Shown here piece by piece: positions 28,454-32,000 of a stretch of DNA of 32,000 nucleotides; the first letter of the stretch is position 1; each line of letters starts with the position of its first letter. The DNA comes from Acaryochloris marina MBIC11017 (GTDB taxonomy: Bacteria > Cyanobacteriota > Cyanobacteriia > Thermosynechococcales > Thermosynechococcaceae). Position numbers and translations under genes: made by a program. The notes beneath the pieces are model-generated. The model was not told where the DNA came from, did no database searches, and saw only the letters and a program-made list of their open reading frames with translations. The stretch lies in NCBI RefSeq assembly GCF_000018105.1, contig NC_009925.1:6270001-6302000 (forward strand), read 5' to 3'.

Positions 28454-30184
28454 ATGTCTAAAGCACGGGTCAAACCGATGATGGAATGGAGCGCAATCCC
28501 CTGGCCAAAACTAGAGCGGAAAGTGTTTAAGTTGCAAAAGCGCATATTCAGAGCCAGACAACGTGGCGATGTCAAAGTAGTACATAGACTCCAGAAAACT
28601 CTGATGAGGTCCTGGTCAGCCAAATGCCTTTCAGTTAGACGGGTCACACAAGACAACCAGGGAAAAAAGACGGCAGGTGTGGATGGAGTTAAATCTCTGT
28701 CCCCAGAAGCTCGTCTGCCCCTAGTGGGTCAACTTAAACTCGGCTCAAAGGCCCCTCCCACCAGACGGGTGTGGATTCCTAAACCAGGAAAAGACGAACA
28801 ACGTCCTTTGGGTATACCGACCCTGTATGAAAGGGCAAGAATGACACTAGTCAAACTAGCCCTGGAACCTGAATGGGAAGCGGTTTTCGAACCAAACTCC
28901 TATGGTTCAAGACCAGGCCGTTCATGTCATGACGCGATAGAACAAATTTTTGCAGCCATTAAACAGAAAGCAAAATATGTGTTGGACGCTGATATAGCCC
29001 AATGTTTTGACCGAATAAACCACGAAGCACTGCTCAAAAAGCTGAAGACCTTTCCCACTCTACGCCGACAAATAAAAACTTGGCTAAAAGCTGGGGTAAT
29101 TGATGGTCATCAGTTCTTACAGACATCTGAAGGAGCACCTCAAGGGGGGACTATCTCTCCTTTGTTGGCAAATGTAGCCCTCCATGGCCTAGAGTATCGA
29201 ATCAAGCAAGCCTTTCCTATCAGAAAGATTGCCGACGGGAATAAGCGAAAAAGAATTGCTACTCCTGATGTCATTCGATACTGTGATGACTTCGTGATTC
29301 TTCACGAGGATTTATCCGTAGTTCAAAGATGTCAGAGCTTAGTTCATGAGTGGCTAAAAGACATGGGGTTGGAACTAAAACCTAGCAAAACGCATATATC
29401 CCATACTCTCAAAAGGTATGAAGCTGAAAACCCTGGATTTGATTTTCTAGGATTCTCAGTTAGACAATTCCCGGTCGGTCAACATCAATCGGGGAGATTA
29501 TGCGGGACATTGCTGGGATTTAAGACCATCATTACCCCCAGTCGAAAGAAGCAAAAAGTACATTACAATCGGCTCGTTAGTATCATCAACGCCCATAAGG
29601 CAGCGCCGCAAGCGGCATTAATCCGCCACCTCAATCCCGTGATTAGAGGATGGACGAGATATTATTCGACCATGGCTAGTAAAGAGACCTTCTCCCGTCT
29701 AGACCATTTACTGTATCAAAAGCTTCAAACATGGGCTAACCACCGCCATCCTGGCAAATCCAGGAAATGGGTGGTGAATAAATATTGGCAAACTGTCGGG
29801 GGAGATAAATGGGTCTTCGCGACTAGAGTAACTAAATCTAGAACCGAAAAATTACTCAAACATCGACAGACTCCAATTATCCGCCATGTCAAAGTCAAGG
29901 GGGATGCAAGTCCCTACAATGGCAATCTAGTTTACTGGAGTTCAAGGACTGGGAAGCATCCAGAAGCTCCGAAGAGAGTATCTATGCTCTTGAAGAAGCA
30001 GAAGGGGAAATGCGCTCAGTGCGGCATGTTCTTCCGAGAAGAAGATTTACTTGAAGTGGATCACATTCTCCCTACATCAATGGGAGGATTGGACGTATAC
30101 AAGAATCTTCAACTACTACACAGACATTGTCATTATGTTAAAACGGCCAAGGAGAAGTCCTCTCAGGCCAAATGGTATGTATGA
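28454..30184 (+). CDS. Group II intron-encoded protein: reverse transcriptase + maturase (X) + HNH endonuclease domains
   Basis: The 576-aa protein has RT blocks (RRVWIPKPGKDEQRPLGIPTLYERA, APQGGTISPLLANVAL, and YCDDFVIL as the YxDD box). The maturase motif is RGWTRYY. The C-terminal HNH region is CAQCG...VDHILPTSMGG...LLHRHCH. Confidence 0.95.
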   Translation: MSKARVKPMMEWSAIPWPKLERKVFKLQKRIFRARQRGDVKVVHRLQKTLMRSWSAKCLSVRRVTQDNQGKKTAGVDGVKSLSPEARLPLVGQLKLGSKAPPTRRVWIPKPGKDEQRPLGIPTLYERARMTLVKLALEPEWEAVFEPNSYGSRPGRSCHDAIEQIFAAIKQKAKYVLDADIAQCFDRINHEALLKKLKTFPTLRRQIKTWLKAGVIDGHQFLQTSEGAPQGGTISPLLANVALHGLEYRIKQAFPIRKIADGNKRKRIATPDVIRYCDDFVILHEDLSVVQRCQSLVHEWLKDMGLELKPSKTHISHTLKRYEAENPGFDFLGFSVRQFPVGQHQSGRLCGTLLGFKTIITPSRKKQKVHYNRLVSIINAHKAAPQAALIRHLNPVIRGWTRYYSTMASKETFSRLDHLLYQKLQTWANHRHPGKSRKWVVNKYWQTVGGDKWVFATRVTKSRTEKLLKHRQTPIIRHVKVKGDASPYNGNLVYWSSRTGKHPEAPKRVSMLLKKQKGKCAQCGMFFREEDLLEVDHILPTSMGGLDVYKNLQLLHRHCHYVKTAKEKSSQAKWYV

Positions 30185-30203
30185 CAAGCACCAAGCCACT
30201 GAG

Positions 30204-30237
30204 GAGCCGTGTAAATCGAAAGATTTACGCACGGTTT
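30204..30237 (+). ncRNA. Group II intron domain V (catalytic hairpin)
   Basis: The sequence is GAGCCGTGTAAATC-GAAA-GATTTACGCACGGTTT. It has the AGC triad near its 5' end, a GAAA tetraloop and a 2-nt bulge on the 3' arm, which is the canonical 34-nt DV geometry. Confidence 0.85.
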
Positions 30238-30278
30238 TGAAGCCAAGTCGGAGGAGTGATCCTCCGGCTTAGGTTAAC

Positions 30279-31097
30279 CATGTCGAGAAAAAATCCGTGT
30301 GTATCTACTCGCAACTGAAGAAGTGTTCTTCCTCGGAGGTGGCCTTTATGGTGAAGGGCGTACTTCGCCACTGTACGCAAATGTCCGTGAATAAAAGCTA
30401 TGTGGATACCCATGGCCAAAGCGAGGTGGGGTTTGCCTTTTGCTATTTGCTGAACTTTCAGCTGATGCCCCGCTTCAAGGGCATCAACAAGCAGAAGCTC
30501 TATTTACCGATGTCCGGGCAGAAGAAGAAGTATGTCTATCTCAAGGCGATTGTGAAGCGCCCCATGCGTTGGGATCTGGTGCGGGAGCAATATGAGCCAA
30601 TGATCCAGTTCACCACCGCAATGAAGCAAGGGACCGCCGAACCTGAAGCGATTCTGAGTCGGTTCACTCGCAACAACATTAAGCACCCCACCTATCTTGC
30701 TTTGGCTGAATTAGGCCGAGCTATCAAGACCATTTTCCTGTGCCAGTATTTGCACGATGAAGCCTTACGGCAAGAGATCAATGAAGGTTTGAATGTGATT
30801 GAAAATTGGAATAGTGCCAATGACTTCATCTTCTATGGCAAGAATGGTGACTTTGCCAGTAATCAAACGGCGATGCAAGAGCTGTCCATGCTTTGCCTGC
30901 ACCTACTGCAAATCAGCCTGGTTTACATCAATACTCTAATGATTCAAAAAGTACTTTCTGAACCCACGTGGATGAATCGTATGCAGGAAGAAGATTTGAG
31001 GGCGTTAACGCCGTTGTTTTACCTTCATATCAATCCTTATGGACGTTTCCGCCTCAACATGAATGAGCGTCTGGTGATTGAAAACTTGGCTGCGTAG
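30279..31097 (+). CDS. tnpA: Tn3-family transposase TnpA, exon 2 (272 codons + stop)
   Basis: Exon 2 starts HVEKKSVCIYSQLKKCSSSEVAFMVKGVLRHCT...SYVDTHGQSEVGFAFCYLLNFQLMPRFKGI. This aligns with the classical Tn3 TnpA segment ...YTHISDQYAPFHTKVI...[30 protein letters not shown], which holds the second catalytic D. It is in frame with exon 1 and with the tracked ORF 30297-31097. Confidence 0.9.
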   Translation, partial: HVEKKSVCIYSQLKKCSSSEVAFMVKGVLRHCTQMSVNKSYVDTHGQSEVGFAFCYLLNFQLMPRFKGINKQKLYLPMSGQKKKYVYLKAIVKRPMRWDLVREQYEPMIQFTTAMKQGTAEPEAILSRFTRNNIKHPTYLALAELGRAIKTIFLCQYLHDEALRQEINEGLNVIENWNSANDFIFYGKNGDFASNQTAMQELSMLCLHLLQISLVYINTLMIQKVLSEPTWMNRMQEEDLRALTPLFYLHINPYGRFRLNMNERLVIENLAA

Positions 31098-31282
31098 GGA
31101 GTAGCTGTAATGAGGTTGCTGAGTTGGGGCCCATCTCCACAAGGCAACCTTTGCTCCAATATCGAGTAGTACAGCGACAAAAAATACTTAAGCAAAACTT
31201 ATTGATTAGCGGTAAATTTGCCCTGTTTTGAGGGGTGATTTGGTTTGATTGCCCCTGGTGTCAGCAACCCTTCAATTGGGCC

Positions 31283-31287
31283 TAGTA
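31283..31287. repeat. 5-bp target-site duplication TAGTA (right) of the Tn3-family element
   Basis: See 25504-25508. Confidence 0.8.
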
Positions 31288-32000
31288 GCGAAGACAAATT
31301 GGAAGCATTAAAACAAGTCAAAGAACTTGCAAAAGCAAGCCAGAATTCAGATGAAGGTACTATGAAAAAATTAGCTAAAAGAGCAATGACAATGCTTAGA
31401 GGAATTCTTTCAAGCCTATCTGACGGAGTAAAGTTGGTTCAAGAGTGTAAAAACCTATTACCAGTAATTGCTTCTCTTCTAGGCATAAGTTAGACAAGAG
31501 TCATTAGCTTTAGCGACCTTTTCATCCCATTGATAGATAAATGCCATTCAGCCAAGTTTGTCTCACTATGTCTGCATCCTAGTTTATTCTCTAAACAAAG
31601 GCTTTGGTTATCATAGCTGAACGAAGAAAGATTTCCCATAACCTTCATTGTCGTTGGAACGCACCTGCATTAATAAACCCCGGACAGGGGGAGACCTTCC
31701 GGGGCAAGAGACTTTCTCGCTGTTAAAGCGATAGCTTACCTCTGGCTATAGCTTGCCAAACCAACGTAAAGAAGCTGTAAAAACATCACAATCTGGTCGA
31801 GTTTTGTGTCCACTCGATGACCTATTACGAGTGCTTCAGAGTGATAGTCTTACCCCAACTACCTCCACACTATCCCTGAAGGGTTTGATTGGTACACAGA
31901 AAAGTGCTTGGCGAGATGCAGCCCTTAGCATCAAGACCCATGTGGGAGCTATGGAGCAGCAAGCTACGTAACCTTTCCCAAAATTCTCCTCCGATCCTCC

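Larger units (their letters stand above)
27825..30278 (+). mobile_element. Group II intron (2454 nt) with intron-encoded RT/maturase/HNH protein, inserted in tnpA
   Basis: The 5' end is GUGCG (27825-27829). Domain V lies at 30204-30237. The domain VI helix has a bulged A at 30271, 7 nt before the proposed 3' end ...AAC (30278). The IEP ORF sits in domain IV. Candidate EBS2 is ATCATTA (28130-28136) and EBS1 is CCAGTAG (28203-28209). They pair with the last 14 exon nt, TGATGAT|CTACTGG (27811-27824). Joining the exons keeps the frame. Confidence 0.9.
25509..31282 (+). mobile_element. Minimal (IS-like) Tn3-family transposable element: 38-bp IRs + tnpA only, carrying a group II intron
   Basis: IRL (25509-25546) is GGCCCAATTGAAGGGTTGCTGACACCAGGGACAACGAA. 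The reverse complement of IRR (31245-31282) is GGCCCAATTGAAGGGTTGCTGACACCAGGGGCAATCAA. That is 35/38 identical, with the first 30 perfect. The element is flanked by the direct repeat TAGTA. No resolvase or passenger gene is present. It is 5774 bp with the intron and 3320 bp without it. Confidence 0.85.

Noticed and set aside
27661-30419. Short ORFs around and within the intron (27661-27933 minus, 28345-28656 minus, 30051-30272 plus, 30225-30419 minus) and the VRFVG read-through after codon 710 of tnpA
   Set aside because: They overlap structured intron RNA (domains I, V and VI), the IEP or the exon junction. The intron model explains them.
31245-31493. 82-aa ORF starting at TTG inside IRR of the Tn3 element
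   Set aside because: The first 38 nt are the transposon IR, so the annotated start is an insertion artefact. In the pre-insertion sequence the frame is closed by a TAA just upstream. A 43-codon ORF from ATG 31362 (MKKLAKRAMTMLRGILSSLSDGVKLVQECKNLLPVIASLLGIS) is possible, but it is too short and featureless to support.
31678-31971. Hairpin CCCCGGA-N13-TCCGGGG, direct repeats ATAGCTT(A/G)CC and the 72-aa ORF 31753-31971
   Set aside because: I considered a structured RNA or a gene start but found no match to any RNA family I can recognise. The ORF has no SD or motifs, and the window ends before the context can be judged.

Overview
The window looks like a cyanobacterial accessory, mobilome-rich region. 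The HIP1 octamer GCGATCGC occurs at 7483, 9122, 11868 and 20100, and the gene content is rich in WD40 and RTX proteins.

**1-6.4 kb (all minus strand)**
- A decayed tyrosine-recombinase remnant and an NTF2/SnoaL-like gene.
- A tightly packed apparent operon: NDH-2, DoxX, sensor histidine kinase and OmpR-type response regulator.
- An SDR oxidoreductase.

**6.9-13.5 kb**
- An intact tyrosine integrase.
- An RCK-gated K+-channel homologue with a non-canonical filter.
- An ISL3-family IS (9523-10907) with an intact 8-bp target duplication. It splits a small membrane-protein gene.
- A HigB/HigA-type toxin-antitoxin pair.
- A Tll0287-like (DUF3365) c-heme sensor that ends in a HAMP domain with no output domain.

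**13.9-16.9 kb**
- A tandem duplication of a whole RTX (GGxGxD) calcium-binding-repeat gene unit (leader, CDS and 3' hairpin).
- One copy carries a 5-nt deletion that causes a frameshift.

**17.3-25.4 kb (most interesting locus)**
- Two tandem ~1210-aa paralogs, each built as HTH-like N-terminal module, P-loop STAND (NACHT/NB-ARC-like) ATPase and 14 WD40 repeats.
- Their first ~316 bp (87 bp of leader plus 76 codons) are ~98% identical, while the rest is clearly diverged.
- They are separated by an IS-derived remnant bounded by 18-bp inverted repeats.
- A 15-bp leader motif recurs inverted downstream of the second gene.
- No enzymatic effector domain is recognisable. I flag the pair as a candidate NLR-like sensor pair of unknown output.

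**25.5-31.3 kb**
- A minimal Tn3-family element with 38-bp IRs and a 5-bp TSD (TAGTA).
- Its transposase gene is interrupted by a complete group II intron (27825-30278). The intron has a 5' GUGCG, domain V, a domain VI bulged A, an RT/maturase/HNH ORF and plausible EBS1/EBS2-IBS1/IBS2 pairings.
- Joining the exons restores one 982-codon tnpA.

No rRNA gene, tRNA gene or CRISPR array was seen. All homology calls come from motif recognition by eye, not from database searches.
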